This document shows positions 40,481-54,462 of a stretch of 64,000 nucleotides of DNA, piece after piece. Position numbers and translations under genes: made by a program. A model generated the notes under the pieces. That model was not told the DNA's origin and ran no database searches. It saw only the letters and a program-made list of their open reading frames with translations. The stretch is from positions 90,954,001-91,018,000 of the forward strand of contig NC_043003.1 in the NCBI RefSeq assembly GCF_006345805.1, read 5' to 3'. This DNA comes from Octopus sinensis. Taxonomy: Eukaryota. Positions within the stretch are counted from its first letter, which is position 1; the number at the start of each line of letters is the position of its first letter.

Positions 40481-41029
40481 TACATATGCATATATAAATT
40501 TTATTTTAGAATTTATGGGAGCAACTGTCTTTGAAGACTTATACTGTCATTGAATGCTCAAAATGAGGAGTAGATAGACAGCCAACAACTGATAAAGGGT
40601 CCTTTCTCTGTGTTTACTTGTCCTGTTTTCCATTTTTTTCTCATTTATGTATTTCATGTTATTGCGCTTTGGTGATGTCCTGTACCTATATATGCATGTA
40701 TATACACACACACACACATATATATATACACACACATACACACACACACACGCGCACACATTTGATTTCATTTATCTTATTTTATCTTCTCTTATACCCA
40801 CTTACTTTTTTACACTGTTACCCTTTTTCCAATATTTTATTGCTTTTTTCTGTCAAATTTTTTAGCGTTTTAATTGTATTAATTTCTATTTTATCCCCTT
40901 AGTTTTAATTATTTTATTTTTTATTTTTTATTGTATTTGTTATTTTTGTAATTTTTATTCATTTTAAAATTTTTACATCTTGTACCCTTCCCCCTTTTTT
41001 ATTGATCTTATATTTTTTCTTAATTCTGT

Positions 41030-41790
41030 ATACACGCACACATACATATGCACAAATGCACACATGCGCACACACATGAATGCACATATACCTCCCACAC
41101 AACACACTCATACATGCATGCACACATGCACATATGTGCACACACACATACGCACACACACACATGCACATACACACAGGAATGCACATATACCTCCGAA
41201 CATGCAACCCCACATACACACTCACATGCACACATACACACACATACATGCACACATGCAAACATACATGCACATGTGCACAAATGAATGCACATATACC
41301 TCCCACACACACAACACACACATATATGCGCACACATACACATGCACATACACACATGCACACACAGGAATGCACACATACCTAACATACACAACCCCAT
41401 GCACACACACATACATGCACACATGTATACACAACTATATGCACATACACACACAAGAATGCACATATACCTCCACACACACAACCCCACGTACACACAT
41501 ATACACACGCACATATACACATGCACACACATACACACACACACACATATACACACAGACCACACCACATACACACACACACATATACACATATACACAC
41601 ATACATACACGCACACACACATACTTCCCACAAACACAACACACATCCATACACACAACCCCATGTACATACACACACACACATGCACATATTTACACAC
41701 ACAGACACATGCACACACTACACACAAAACATACACACAACATATACATACATGTGGATACATATATACACACGCACACACATACTTCAA
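41030..41790. repeat. Complex CA-rich minisatellite
   Basis: Recurring unit cacatgcacatacacacaggaatgcacatatacctcc with (CA)n variants. It explains the overlapping His/Thr and Cys/Val ORFs. Confidence 0.9.
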
Positions 41791-42191
41791 AGTGCCAATC
41801 AAATACCTTTCTACTGACCATTTCTCTAAAAACATCTGAAGAGACACACAACTACACAAATGACCACCACTCCTGTTACCATGCTGCTGAATTCTTCCGA
41901 CAACATTAAGGGACACAAAGTTCACTGACACATACACATATAAACAGCCAATGCCACACAAACACCACACACACATACACACATGCTATTACACACACAC
42001 AGACTTGCATGCATGCAAATACCCACACATACACACAGGAGAGTGTAAGGGTAGGCGGTACCCTTACACTCTCCTGTCTTAGAAAGAACTTTTATTTTTC
42101 ACCCATTCCCTTCCAGTCATTTCAAAATGTAACCACATGTGAATCGTTGGCAATTTTTTTCTTCCATCTTCCTTTCCTATTGGACTTTCCT

Positions 42192-42226
42192 GTTTCTGAA
42201 GAAGAGTTTTGCTCGAAATGTAAAAC
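42192..42226 (+). ncRNA. Minimal type I hammerhead-like motif with one substitution, within a Penelope-like terminal repeat fragment
   Basis: GTTT-CTGAAGA-AGAGT(TTT)GCTC-GAAA-TG-TA-AAAC. Stem I GTTT/AAAC. GAAATGTA differs from canonical GAAACGTA by one C-to-T change. Confidence 0.6.
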
Positions 42227-42502
42227 CACCTTTCTTTCCTTCCCTGAGCATCGGCTAATACTTTACAGGTATCACATCCTCATGTTTGTTTGTTTTTTGT
42301 GTTAGTTCTTCAGGTTTTTTTGGATTTACTATATATATATATATATATATATAATATTTTTATAAACAAACCTGAAAGCGTTGATTTGTGAGTTCGATTC
42401 TGCCTGAGGTTAGCTCATCATTTTCCAGTCATTTGTTTATATTTAAAAATTGACACTTCAAATCAGAGAATAGATATCATTATGATATATATTATTTACA
42501 GC

Positions 42503-42533
<31 letters not shown>

Positions 42534-45510
42534 ATATCAGTTAGTTGTCCATAAGTCAGAGAAGAAGCACACTCAATATAATGGAGCTGATATATTATAA
42601 AATATTATCAAATAATATATTACTTGTTATGGTATATAGCTGGTCAGGATGTTACAGTCAATTTCATGACAACTATTGCACCAAGGCAATATCGATGACT
42701 CTTCAAACATGGCTGGAAATGCATAACCACTTTTATGCATAAAAGAAGCTATATACTTCTTGCTGCTAAGTCTGAAAAGTTGTCAATGTTGCCTAGGGAT
42801 ATTAGTTGTTATGAAATTGACAGTAATATATTACTCGAAGTTTAAAAATATATCAGTTCTGTTATTTATATTAAGTGTGCTTCTTCTCTGATTTATGGAC
42901 AATTAACTAATGATTATAATGGTTTCTTGTTCCTTGGGTTGGTGTTATCATGTCAAGTATGGAAGGCAGAATATTCCACCCGCCTCCTTAAGATGCTTAG
43001 TTCACTTGTTCCTTTGTATTATAACTTTTAGGATTACAATGTCTTATTTCAGTGTAAGTTCTTTGTTGCGTAGGTACTGTTTTCAAACTATAAGTTAATA
43101 CTAATAGCTTACTTTGATGTTGTTACTTGTAGTAACAAGCAGATGCTAGTGTAGCAGACATACTATGCTAATGCTTTGCTCCTACTGATTACAATTGATT
43201 CCCAAGCAATGTTCATGTTTTTAACACTGTTAACACCACCAAACTGAATGGTACTGCCCAGGTGTCAAAATCATAGTGATATCCATTTGGCAGCTGATGA
43301 TGGGAATACACATATATTATGCTTGTTTGTGAATTTTTATATCTTAGTCTCATTATTCTGAGTTATCCTTCATTCATGGTTTGTGCTGATTACTTACATT
43401 GGTTTTGGTTGTTTTCCTTCATAGATAATCTTGTTAAACTTAGATAATGCTAAGATATTGGTGTCAAGTTCTGAGGAGGTTCTTTGGCACACACACACAC
43501 ACACACACAGAATTATTGCCTTCCTCATCACTTCCATCCTTCATTCTCATCCCTTCCCACACTATTATTTCTTCCCAGTTATTATCTCCTTCTTTCTTCT
43601 GCAATACGTCATCCTAACATCTCTCATATCTGCTATCATGCCCAGCCCTTTTGTGCCGTCATCATGCCCACTCACTGTAGCTACCCTTGTGTTGCTCTAC
43701 ATCTCCCTTTCCACTGCCCCTATACCTTACTTATCATTCCCTACTTCCTGATCTGTCATCTCTGAGCATCTTCTACCTCTCTAACCTTACCACACTGCCC
43801 AAACTGATATTTCCCATCAAGCCACACTTACCATTCCTGTTCAGCACTCACTACATTCACCACTATCCCAATCGTTAACCATCTGCTACCCCCTTTCATA
43901 CTATTATACTGCCCCTCTCCCTCCCCAAATAGCTACTGTCTGTATCATCTCTTGCTCCTTGAGGGTTTCTCTGGCACCACATCACTACCAACTCATCCTC
44001 ATAAGCTACTACCACCCTTATATAATAAACATCAATAAATCATTGATGATATATATAACAAAAAACCTAACGTGTATAAAATTACAACAATTAAAATCAA
44101 ACCAAAGTCAAATTAAAATATATAATAAAGATATAACACAAAATCTATTTTTCAGGTATGAACCCAATAGCTTAATTAGCTTACTTTATTTAAAATAAGT
44201 TTTAACATAACTTATGGTATCTCTTCTTGACAGCAAGACACCTCTGCTTGTCCCTGGCATAAAGCCACCTCTCCTTGCTCTCAAATATTCCCCCCACCTC
44301 ACTTAGTCATGGGGAGCTTTTTTTCCCTTTTCTTATTTTTTCCTGTCTTACAAGTTACTTGGCAACCTCACTAGTACCAGTGGCATGAGAAAGCATTCAA
44401 TGCACACTATAAAGTGGTTGGCATTAGGAAGAGCATTGAGTTGTAGAAACCATGGCAAAGCTGATATGGAGCACAATGCAGCCCTGCAGCTCACTGAAAC
44501 TATCCAAACTATAGCAGAGAAGTAGAAAGAAGTGGGGGTGGTGTAGGGTTAGGGTTAATGACAGCAGTGTTAGAGCATAGTGATGGTGGTGATGATATTA
44601 GCAATGATTCTGGTGCTAGCACTGGTGGTGAGGACGTTGATAAAAATAATAGTGCTATTGTCAAACTATCCAACCCATACCAGCATGGAAAACAGACATT
44701 AAATGATGATGATGGTGATCACACACACACACACAATGTAGAATATGGTATTGTGTGAAAAGGAAACAACATGGGGAGAAAAGTATTGTGCAGACGTTAG
44801 CTATGCTATGCTCTTCCAGATAGGAAATAGCAATGAGGTTATACAAAATGAATCATATAAAATTACCCTTCACCCTTCTGGAAAAAGCAGGTCTATATAA
44901 AGTGACCACAGTTATTTGTAAATATAAGCTAAAAATAAATAAGAACAAAACAGAACATGAAATTAATTCCACTTTATAAATACATAGAAACAATGTTTGC
45001 ATGAATTATCACAAGAGGATATGCTTTGAATCCAGTTCACAAAATATTTATTCAATGAGTGATGATGTAATGAATATCACAAAGAGAGTGCAAAAACAAA
45101 ACAAAAACAAACAAACAAATAAACAAATGAGATTTGAATGAACAGATTATTGTTTTAGTGCAGCGGTTAGTCATATATTTTTTGTTGGTTATTCACAATG
45201 TTAGGTAGATTGTGTGTGAAATCAACAACCACACTGAAGTTTGAGTTTTCAATTATTTAATTGGATCATTATATTTACAAAGGCACATCCATTAAATTAA
45301 TGGAAGAATATTCAATGAACACAATGGTTGGGTATTTTCTGTAATATAATTTTCAAGATAATATTATGAAAATAGTTGCAAGGAATTTAAACCACAGAAT
45401 ATAATTGATGTGTTAATGTGTTACTAGACACTACAAGTTAAGTTGCCTTTTGTTGAGTACAACATAAGCATGTTATATAAGAAAAGTGAAAGCTGGGAGT
45501 AGAAGGACCA

Positions 45511-45760
45511 ACTCACTCCAACGAGACACAGAAATTCCCCTAGATCACTTCACAGCTCTTTGGTCTGAGGCTGAATTTGCCAGCATTTTTATAGCTCTAG
45601 GCCACTTTTCTTAGAATTACCAGCAAAACTGTTTGGCAGGAAAACTTGAACACTTCCTTTGAAGTTTGCCACAACTTTAATAAATCAGCAATTACTCATT
45701 GGTCAAGCCATATTCATGTAAATATTAATACCTTTTACAGCAATACATTTCCTTTTATGG
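45511..45760 (-). promoter_or_regulatory. Candidate Pol II promoter with a short non-coding first exon
   Basis: On the minus strand, in order: CArG box (plus CCTTTTATGG 45751-45760), GACCAATGAG (CCAAT 45698-45702), GCTATAAAAA (TATA 45586-45593), Inr-like TCAGAC about 27 nt downstream, and donor GGA|GTGAGT at 45511-45516. It lies in a repeat-poor stretch. Confidence 0.45.
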
Positions 45761-48454
45761 AGATACATTAGGTCATGGTTCTGGCCTGGGGAAATCTGAG
45801 AGCTACGGTTCAAAACTTGGTGGTGATTTTGCAACAATTTCAATAAAATGGATCTATATGACAGGAAAAATCATAAATCAACTGGTTGATGTTGAAACAT
45901 CAGATTACAGAAAATAAGTTCATTTTTTGAATTTCATTTTGTTCAGGAGTTAACTTTATCTTTTCTATTCCCCTCTAAAAAAAAAGGTGACATTTGCTTC
46001 AGAAAAGACTTTGAAAATAGTTATTTGATCAAACCTGAGGAGTTTCGTAATATTTGATCACAAAGTGTGGAAGAAGGGTATTTAATTCAATAATGAACTG
46101 CATCTGTTACTCAACTGCCTTAATCATAGCAACAACAATAATATCTATTAGTTGTAATGAGACTTGAGCTAAGCTCTTGCAGATAGTGACACACTTTCAC
46201 CACCTCACAACCACTGAGCACCATACCACTGACGATTCATAATAAAAACAAATACAGTAGAGCCGTTGGATTGTTGGGCAAAGTATCTAGCACTACTTGA
46301 TCACAGTCTTTAATGTTCTGAGTTCAAATCCTGCCAAAGTTAACTTTGTCTTTATCCTGATTTATATTCTTATACTGGTTCCTAGTACTTGATTGGTACA
46401 CTATTTTACTGACCCTGAAAGGATGAAAGGTGACCTCAGTATTATTTTATCTGAAGCTCTAACAATTCTGCCAGCTCACTGCTTTCTTCATTTATATTTC
46501 TATAATGCATTGTAGATATAAAAGAAATTATTAGAAATAGTTAACACTAATATGAATAAATATAAATAATATATGTAACATGTCTATTAACAGCAATAAG
46601 AACTTATAAACTTTATAAATTATAAACTTATAACTTATGAAGTTAAATTCCAGGATCAGTAGTATTAAATGGAAGATGTGAGTTGAATCAATCAATTGAA
46701 AGAAGCAACATTCTCAGATCTGCTACCTCATCTCCAAGTAAAAATATGGTATATAGAACTTGGTGTTCTATTCATTAATGCAAAGGATCACTTGTAATGG
46801 ATTCAAATGCATGATTCAGGAGCTGGCTATCCAAAAACATATCTTTTCCTCAGATTTAATCCTTTTAAATCCAACCTACCTGAAACTGCCCTGGATTTTC
46901 TGATATAAACTACAATGTTTTAAAGGGATCTCAATTAAAGCTTTCCATCAAAATTTCATATTAAATTATGTTCTAAACACCAGATTAACTTCAAAATTAT
47001 TTTACTAAATTCTTCAATACTGTCAAAATGAATTGAAATAAAGGCAGTATATTTCAACAGAAATATTGTAAGAAAAGGGTCAAAGCTAAATAAAACATCC
47101 ATTCCTTCTGACTACATATGACAGTTAAGTTTTGCAATATTACAGAAGATGAAAACAGGAACATGAGCCATTCATGCTATTCCCCCAAAATAATAGTAGT
47201 GAAGAGAAGTGAAATAAATTGGTTTTAACCAAAGAAACAAAACTACTTCATGGATTTTGCTTAAAGTGAGTTTACATCCTCTACAAGAGTACAGGGCACT
47301 GGCAATAACAACAACATTATCAAGAACAAGAGATCCTCAATGTAGTTACACGAACTTCTAGAAATAGCAGCAAAATCCTCCTTGAATCACTCCCTGCTGT
47401 CTTTAAAGAAAAGAAAAAAGAAAAACACATTGGATAATGTAACTGGATTACACTAAACCTGAAAAAAAATGGAAAAAAGAAGGATAGTCATGGATGAGAT
47501 GTGTTTGATTATAGGACTGCTCAATCAGAGACCACAATACCACATCCATCATCCTCAACATTTAATATCTGTTTTCCATGCTGGCATGACTTGGATGGCT
47601 TGGTAGGAGCTGGTAAGGCCAGGGACCACATCAGGTTCCATAGTCTGTGTTTGGCATGGTTTCTACAGCTGGATGCCCTTCCTAATGCCAACTACTTTAC
47701 AGAGTGTACAGGGTGCTTTTTATGTGACACCATCACCGGTGCTTTTTACATGGCACCAGCACCCATACCAATGCTTTTTATGTGACACTTTGGTTTTAGG
47801 ATATCAATTCTGCTGTGGTGATCAGGTCTTCTCGAGTAATAAATAACATTATAAAAAAATAGATAACTAAAAAGCTAGTCCTTTCCTAATCAGAAGGACC
47901 CATTGAGCCAGTGGTTAAATGGCCTGACAGAACAAGTCTTTTACAATAACAACAACTAAAAACAACAATATATCTACATGATCCAGTATGTCCTTTACTA
48001 GTATATGACTTGGAGTAGGAGGCTTGACTACTATTTCTGGCAGATAGAGTTATTGTGTAGTGCAGGTGTGGGCAACCTTTTTCAAGAAACAGATTGTATT
48101 GAGTCATGGCTCATGATCAGGTGGGCAGCACTACTAAAAAATTGAAAGTAATTTTTCATTAGGTGTGCCATTCAGGAAGTCTCATAGGCCACAGTTTGCC
48201 CCTGATTGGTGTAGTGGCTCCACTATTAGCTGTGAAAGAACCAACAGGTAAGTCTGTATGGTTGTCATAACCAGGGAACACAGGTCCATATCTTTAGGAT
48301 AACTACCACAATAAACATAGAATAAACAAGAACAGAACCCTAACTAAATGACAAGGGATCTACTTTAGACAATAAGGGAGCCCCTTGATGTTGCAAACTT
48401 TGTTAGATATAGCACCCATGTTTCTTTTGAATCTCACCTTATTGTCTAAACCTT

Positions 48455-48825
48455 TCATAATCATATTTCTGTTGAAATACAGCATCTTTGAATTAATTTT
48501 GAAAATAATGAAGAATTTAGTAAAATAACTTTGTCTTTAAGTTGGTGTTTGTGACATAAATTAATATGAAATTTTGATGGAAGGTTTTAATTCAGATCAC
48601 TTTAACCCTTTTGCTATCATATTTCTGTTGAAATACATTGTCATTGTTTCAATTAATTTTGAAAATAATGAAGAATTTAGTAAAATAGACCTATCTTTAT
48701 CAAGCTGGTGTTTGGAACATAATTTAACATGAATTTTGATGAAGTTTTGAGACAACCTAAAAACAGTAAGTTTACATCACAGAACTAAGTGTTGATTCAG
48801 GTATGTTGGTATCAAAAACGCTAAA
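48455..48825. mobile_element. Two tandem copies of a piggyBac-like MITE (other copies at about 46857-47082 and 27995-28085)
   Basis: TTAACCCTTTTG start at 48602. Shared core catatttctgttgaaatac...aattaattttgaaaataatgaagaatttagtaaaata...aaattttgatggaaggtttt. Confidence 0.55.
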
Positions 48826-49739
48826 GAAAGTGATAACCAAGATTACATTTGGTAATGTAGTATTAGATTACATACTGCCAAAATAAAAGATGGGATGGTC
48901 ACAACGGAATGCTTTTGATCATAGGTCTACCTAATCAGAGATGACCTGATGTAAAAAAAAACAGGACTAAATATGGAAAAGGCATATAGTTTAAGAGTGG
49001 AGAGGCAGAAGAGTGTCAGATAGAATTCCTAATCAGAGTTTAACAACAAAAACATTAGCAAAACTACTGACGTGAGATGCTTATCATGTTGAAGATTCAG
49101 AAGCATCATAAGGGGTTCAATCCCAAGTGACTGAGGGATATCTGTTTAAACTACAAGCTTTACCAAAAAGTAAAAAAATATTGTCTTTTTATATTTTTTT
49201 ATTCTGACACAAAGCCAGTTGAGGAATATAGTTGTCTAACCAAACAAGCATGTTACCCAGATGAACATAGCCAAATTTTTAAGTTCCTTTTGCAATCATG
49301 CAGTTCTAAGTTTGATCCCACTGCATGGTATCATGGCAAAGTATTGTCTTTACCTAGCCTTCAGGTGAGTGATACTGCATAGATAGAATACACTTGCGAG
49401 ATCAATGGATGGATTGTACCTGTAGTCCAAAGGGTTAGCTTTGTTGCATACACTGGCATAATGATTCTCATTGAGATTTAGGTTAAGGGTACATGTGTAC
49501 GGAATACTCAACCACTGACATTCTAAGTCAATGAGTAGATCATTCTATTTTTATATATCCTGTTTGCAGAAACAAATACCCTTTTTTATATCTTGTTGCA
49601 GGTACACTTTATTTATTTATATATATATTACCCAGAAATTATGAAAAGAAAGCCAATAAAACAGGTTATGAGTTTAAAACATAGAGAGATAAAACTAAGT
49701 ATTTCTAGGACCTGTAGTTTGTTTTATTACCATTTCTTA

Positions 49740-49970
49740 TTTCTTTATTGCCCACAAGGGGCTAAACATAGAGGGGACAAACAAGGACAGACAAGAAGAT
49801 TAAGTCGATTACATCAACCCCAGTGTGTAACTGGTACTTAATTTATCGACCTCGAAAGGATGAAAGGCAAAGTTTATCTCGGCGGAATTTGAACTAAGAA
49901 TGTAATGGCAGACGAAATACCGCTAAGTATTTCACCTGGCATGCTAACGTTTCTGCCAGCTCTCCACCTT
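49740..49970 (-). mobile_element. SINE, family B
   Basis: Near-identical to 31660-31895. Other related copies at about 18050, 28600, 35080, 46260, 51990, 58020 and 61435. Confidence 0.85.
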
Positions 49971-49987
49971 CAATTTCTATTAGCACA

Positions 49988-50086
49988 TTTCTTCTTCTTC
50001 TTCTTCTTCTTCTTCTTCTTCTTTTCTTCTTCTTCTTCTTCTTCTTCTTCTTCTTCTTTTCTTCTTCTTCTTCTTCTTCTTCTTCA
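49988..50086. repeat. (TTC)n microsatellite
   Basis: Read directly from the sequence. Confidence 0.95.
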
Positions 50087-51014
50087 ACTTTGCCTTTCAT
50101 CCTTTTGAAGTTACCATTCAAGTACAGGTGTCAATGTAATTGACTTTTTAACCTCTCAAAATTGCAAACCTTGTGCCAAAATTGGAAACCTTTATTATTG
50201 TTGTTATTATTATTATTCACTTCTAATATTGGCATGGTGCTGTAAAAATGTAGGAGAGATGTACAGTCAGTTGAAGAATAATTAATTACTTTCCTTCAAG
50301 CTCAATAAAATATACATAAAGGCCAAGTTGCCTAGCATTCAAATTCTAGTCAAATGTAATGCTTACTTATTCACATTGTTTTTGAATTAATCATGTATTA
50401 TCTTATGGCATTGAAATTTCCATGTTGTGATTATCTATTGTTAAAATGACATTGATAGGTAGGTATAAGAGGTCAGCTCTAGCCAGTTTGAATACAAACA
50501 GGTAGAATATTTGGGTTTGATAGGCCATTTTAAATACTATAGGGTTAAGGTGACACAATCATAAGAGTATAGGAAAAAGTGCCTTGAAGAAACTGTTTTT
50601 CACCTCTTTGAATTCTGAGATCAAATCCCACTGAGGTCAACTTTGTCCTTCATCCTTTCAGGGTCAATATATACAGCAGCTGAATAGTGAATTGTCAGAA
50701 ATGTAAGCACATTAAGCAAGATACTTTGCAGAAATTGTTCTGGTTTTTTGCATTCCAAGTTTAAATTCCACCAAAATAGCTCAATACTACTGGAGATCTA
50801 TTAATGGTAAGGTTACTGCAAAATGTTGGCATCAAGTACAATGTGAAAATGAAACTGACTATGAAACTCTTGTGAATACATAAAACTAAAAGTATGTGAG
50901 GATGTGAAGGTCAATTCACAAGATCTTTACCATCCAATAAGGAGGGGGCTGCCAGAGGATTAATGAACATATAATATGGAAGTGCCCTTTCTACTACTCC
51001 ACAACTTTCATATA

Positions 51015-51525
51015 TTGTAAATCCTCGAGTATAGTCCGCCCTTGAGTATAATATGCAGGGGATTTTTAGGGGCTCTACCTCTGAAACCCTAAATCTTGTG
51101 TATAATATGCACCCCATCTCTAATTTGAGTCAAGGAGGTCTATATAACGTCCTTGGTTTGTAAAAATGTATACAGTAACATCCTTTATTATTATTGTATA
51201 TATAACATAATGTAAACGTGTAGCTTTTTTGTGCATTTTGTTTGCTGAAAATAAAGAAATAACAGTAGTAACGTTTAATAAATGTTGCTTACTGCAAGTT
51301 ATGGATGATTCTTTTATGCCTTCATTGCTTTCGGGCTTAGCTTAAGGTATTTTCACCCCCCAACATCACAAAATGCGTCTGAATAAACATTACCGGACAG
51401 CAAATAGAGACACAGACATTGCTTAGAAAATAATTTTCCTTTTTAACCTTGAATATAGTACGCACTAGGGATTATGACCATTAAATTTTGGGGAAAAAAT
51501 GCGGATTATACTCAAGGATTTACGG
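51015..51525. mobile_element. Tc2/pogo-like MITE
   Basis: TIRs (TT)GTAAATCCTCGAGTATAGTCCGC / GCGGATTATACTCAAGGATTTACGG, flanked by TA. Confidence 0.8.
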
Positions 51526-52335
51526 TATATGTTTTTTATGTTTTTCGTAACTAATTAAAGAAAAAATTTTATTTTTTATATATTTATTAATTTCTCATAT
51601 CAGTAAAAATCTATGAATTCACAAGGGATTTCATCATCATCATCATCATTATCATCATCATCATCATCATCACCATAAATCATTACCATTGAGGCTACTA
51701 TGCATTGTGGAGGTGGGGCAGTCAGATTCATGCTAGGGATCAAGAGGATTACTATAAGAAATGGAGCGGCAGAACAAGTTCCTGCAGTGGGATCTCCATG
51801 GTTACTCACATCTTGTCAGGTAAATAGTGAGGAGAGAAAGAGAAAATTTTTAGAAGGAGCTGCAAGACAAAGGTAATGGTGATAAGGTGCCCAGGTGCTT
51901 CCTCTGCTCCCAAGGCTCAACAGATCAATAAAATCTGATCTAGTTAAATTTGAATTCAGAACACAGAGCAACATAAGTAAATATTGGTTTTAAATTTTGG
52001 CACAAGGCCAGCAATTTTGGAGGATAGTTTAGTCAATTACATTGACCCCAGTGTTCAACTAGTTCTTATTTCATTGACCCTGAAAGGATGAAAGGTGAAG
52101 TCAACCTAAGCGGAATTTGAACTTAGAACATAAAGACAGATGAAATGCCACAAAGAATTTTGCCCAGCATGCTAACAATTTCTGCCAGCTTGCTGCCTTA
52201 ACAAAAGCAAATATTGTAAAGTATTTAGGTTTGTGTTGTAACATTTTTGCCAGTTCTCATGCAATAATTTTCATATTACATTAACTTATAACCATGATTT
52301 TTTTTCATTCCATAACCATATTATGAAAGTGTGGA

Positions 52336-52490
52336 GGAGTGGCTGTGTGGTAAGTAACTTGCTTACCAGCCACATGGTTCCGGGTTCAGTCCCACTGCAT
52401 GGCACCTTGGGTATATGTCTTCTACTACAGCCTCAGGCCAACCAAAGCCCTGTGAGTGGATTTGGTAGATGGAAACTGAAAGAAGCCCGT

Positions 52491-52523
<33 letters not shown>

Positions 52524-52730
52524 TTGTTTGTGTGTCTGTGTTTGTCCCCCAACATCACGTGATGGCTGATGCTGGTGTGTTTACATCCCTGTAACTTAGC
52601 ATTTCAGCAAAAGAGACAGACAGAATAAGTACTAGGCTTACAAAGAATAAGTCCTGGGGTCGATTTACTCGACTAAAGGAAGTACTCCAGCATGGCCACA
52701 GTCAAATGACTGAAATAAAATAAAAGAGTA
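52336..52730 (+). mobile_element. Full-length SINE, family A
   Basis: Same head, microsatellite and tail as 62238-62632. Confidence 0.9.
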
Positions 52731-52772
52731 AAAGCGATGTATTTACCAATTCCATCCACTAACAGATCAGAT

Positions 52773-52820
<48 letters not shown>

Positions 52821-52822
52821 TA

Positions 52823-52875
<53 letters not shown>

Positions 52876-52876
<1 letters not shown>

Positions 52877-53138
52877 TGTTGTGTCTAGGGAGAGTAATTT
52901 TCTTTTTGTGCCTTGCCTTATAATTTAACACACTCACTGGTAAAATTTCCACTTTTTTCTTATTTTTATTTTCCTAAAATTTTCGTTGCATCTTGCAACC
53001 TTTTCAATAGTCAGAAAAGGTGGCAAGATGCAATGAAAACTTTAGGAAAATAAATATAAGAAATAAGAGGAAATTTTACCGGTGAGTGTGTTAAATTATA
53101 AGGCACAAAAAGAAAATGACTCTCTCCAGACACAACAG
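52876..53138. repeat. Inverted dimer of a repeat also present singly at about 22210-22345
   Basis: ctgttgtgtctagggagag...ttttcgttgcatcttgcaaccttttc mirrored by gaaaaggtggcaagatgcaatgaaaac...ctctccagacacaacag. Confidence 0.88.
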
Positions 53139-53204
53139 AATATGCTTCAAAACACAAACTCGTATAAAGAATCTTGCAAACCAAATCCAAAAACGAAATA
53201 TATA

Positions 53205-53400
53205 TATATATATATAAAGATGAGAATGCATGTCTGTCTGTCTGCATGTCTGTCTGTGTGAATCCCTAAAACTTGAGAACTATACAACCAATTTCATTCA
53301 AATTTTACACATGCCTTACATAGCGTCCATGTAGTGTCATAGGCCAAAACTTTTTTTTACTTTTTGCCTAGTGCAAGCTCAGAGCAATATCATATCTTCT
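53205..53400 (+). mobile_element. Non-autonomous Helitron-like 5' fragment
   Basis: TATATAAAGATGAGAATG-(TGTC)n...AACTATACAACCAATTTCATTCAAATTTTACAC. Confidence 0.45.
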
Positions 53401-53587
53401 TCACTATTTCAGTATTATAAATATGTATAGATGTACATATATATAGATATAGATGTATATGTATACATGTATATGTGTATATGTATATATATATAGATGT
53501 ACATGTAATATGTACACATATATATAAACATATATACATGCATACATATATACACCCACACACACACACACACACGCACACACACAT

Positions 53588-53900
53588 ACAGGTGCAGGTG
53601 TGGCTGTGTGGTAAGAAACTTGTTTTCAAAATACATGGTCCTGGGTTCAGTCCCACTGTGTGGTGACTTGGCATGTGTCTTCTGCTATAGCCTCAGACCA
53701 ACGAAAGCCTTGTGAGTGGATTTCGTAGACAGAAACTGAAAGAAAACAATCATGCATATATGTAAGTGTATGTATGTGTCTTTGTCTCTGTGTTTTTCCC
53801 TCATCACTGCTTCACAACTGTTGTTTGTTTATTTACATCCCATAACTTACTGGTTTCACAAGAAGAAACTGATAGAATAAGTACCAGGCTTATCAAAATA
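53588..53900 (+). mobile_element. SINE, family A
   Basis: Head caggtgcaggtgtggctgtgtggtaag...ggttcagtcccac plus partial tail. Confidence 0.8.
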
Positions 53901-54050
53901 AAAAAAAGCACTAGGCAGTGTCTTATATTTCTGTTTGCCCACTCAGTTGTATCTATCAATTTATTTTTCTGTGTGTGTGTGTGTGTATAAATATATATAT
54001 TAAATACACACACACATATATACACATGTATGTATATGTGCATATTCATA

Positions 54051-54370
54051 TCTGTTATATAAAAGTCAAAGTCTTTATGTGTGTTTGTGTATTACTTATA
54101 CATTCAAAAACTGCTGCACCGATCCTAATGAAATTTGGAACACAAAATACAAGCCTAGGGAGAAGGGTAATGCTGTGTGTTTCATTCAATTTCATGGACC
54201 AAAATTATTGAATGGATCCTTGTGATATTCAGAACTTAGATTCAATGCATAATGCAATATGTTTGGTTTGAATTTCAGATGGCTTAAAGGGGGCAGAACC
54301 CCCATGAAATTTCATAAATTTTCGATGTTTATGAAATTTCAACCATGGGTAATTGACACACATCATGAGT
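54051..54370 (+). mobile_element. Non-autonomous Helitron-like fragment
   Basis: Starts A|TCTGTTATATAAAA, then a GT-rich tract and AACTGCTGCACCGATCCTAATGAAATTTGG, the typical 5' layout of short animal Helitrons. Confidence 0.5.
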
Positions 54371-54405
54371 AAAAGAGTAAAAGAGTATATGTATATATAT
54401 ATATA

Positions 54406-54462
<57 letters not shown>

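Noticed and set aside
40959-41982. Long overlapping ORFs (309 and 320 aa) rich in His/Thr/Tyr or Cys/Val
   Set aside because: Translation of a CA/TG minisatellite that is open in many frames, with no domain or splice signals. The same applies to similar ORFs at 1.0-1.6, 15.7-16.2, 23.4-24.1 and 30.3-30.8 kb.
49894-50121. Poly-Glu/Lys/Arg ORF
   Set aside because: Translation of a (TTC)n microsatellite.
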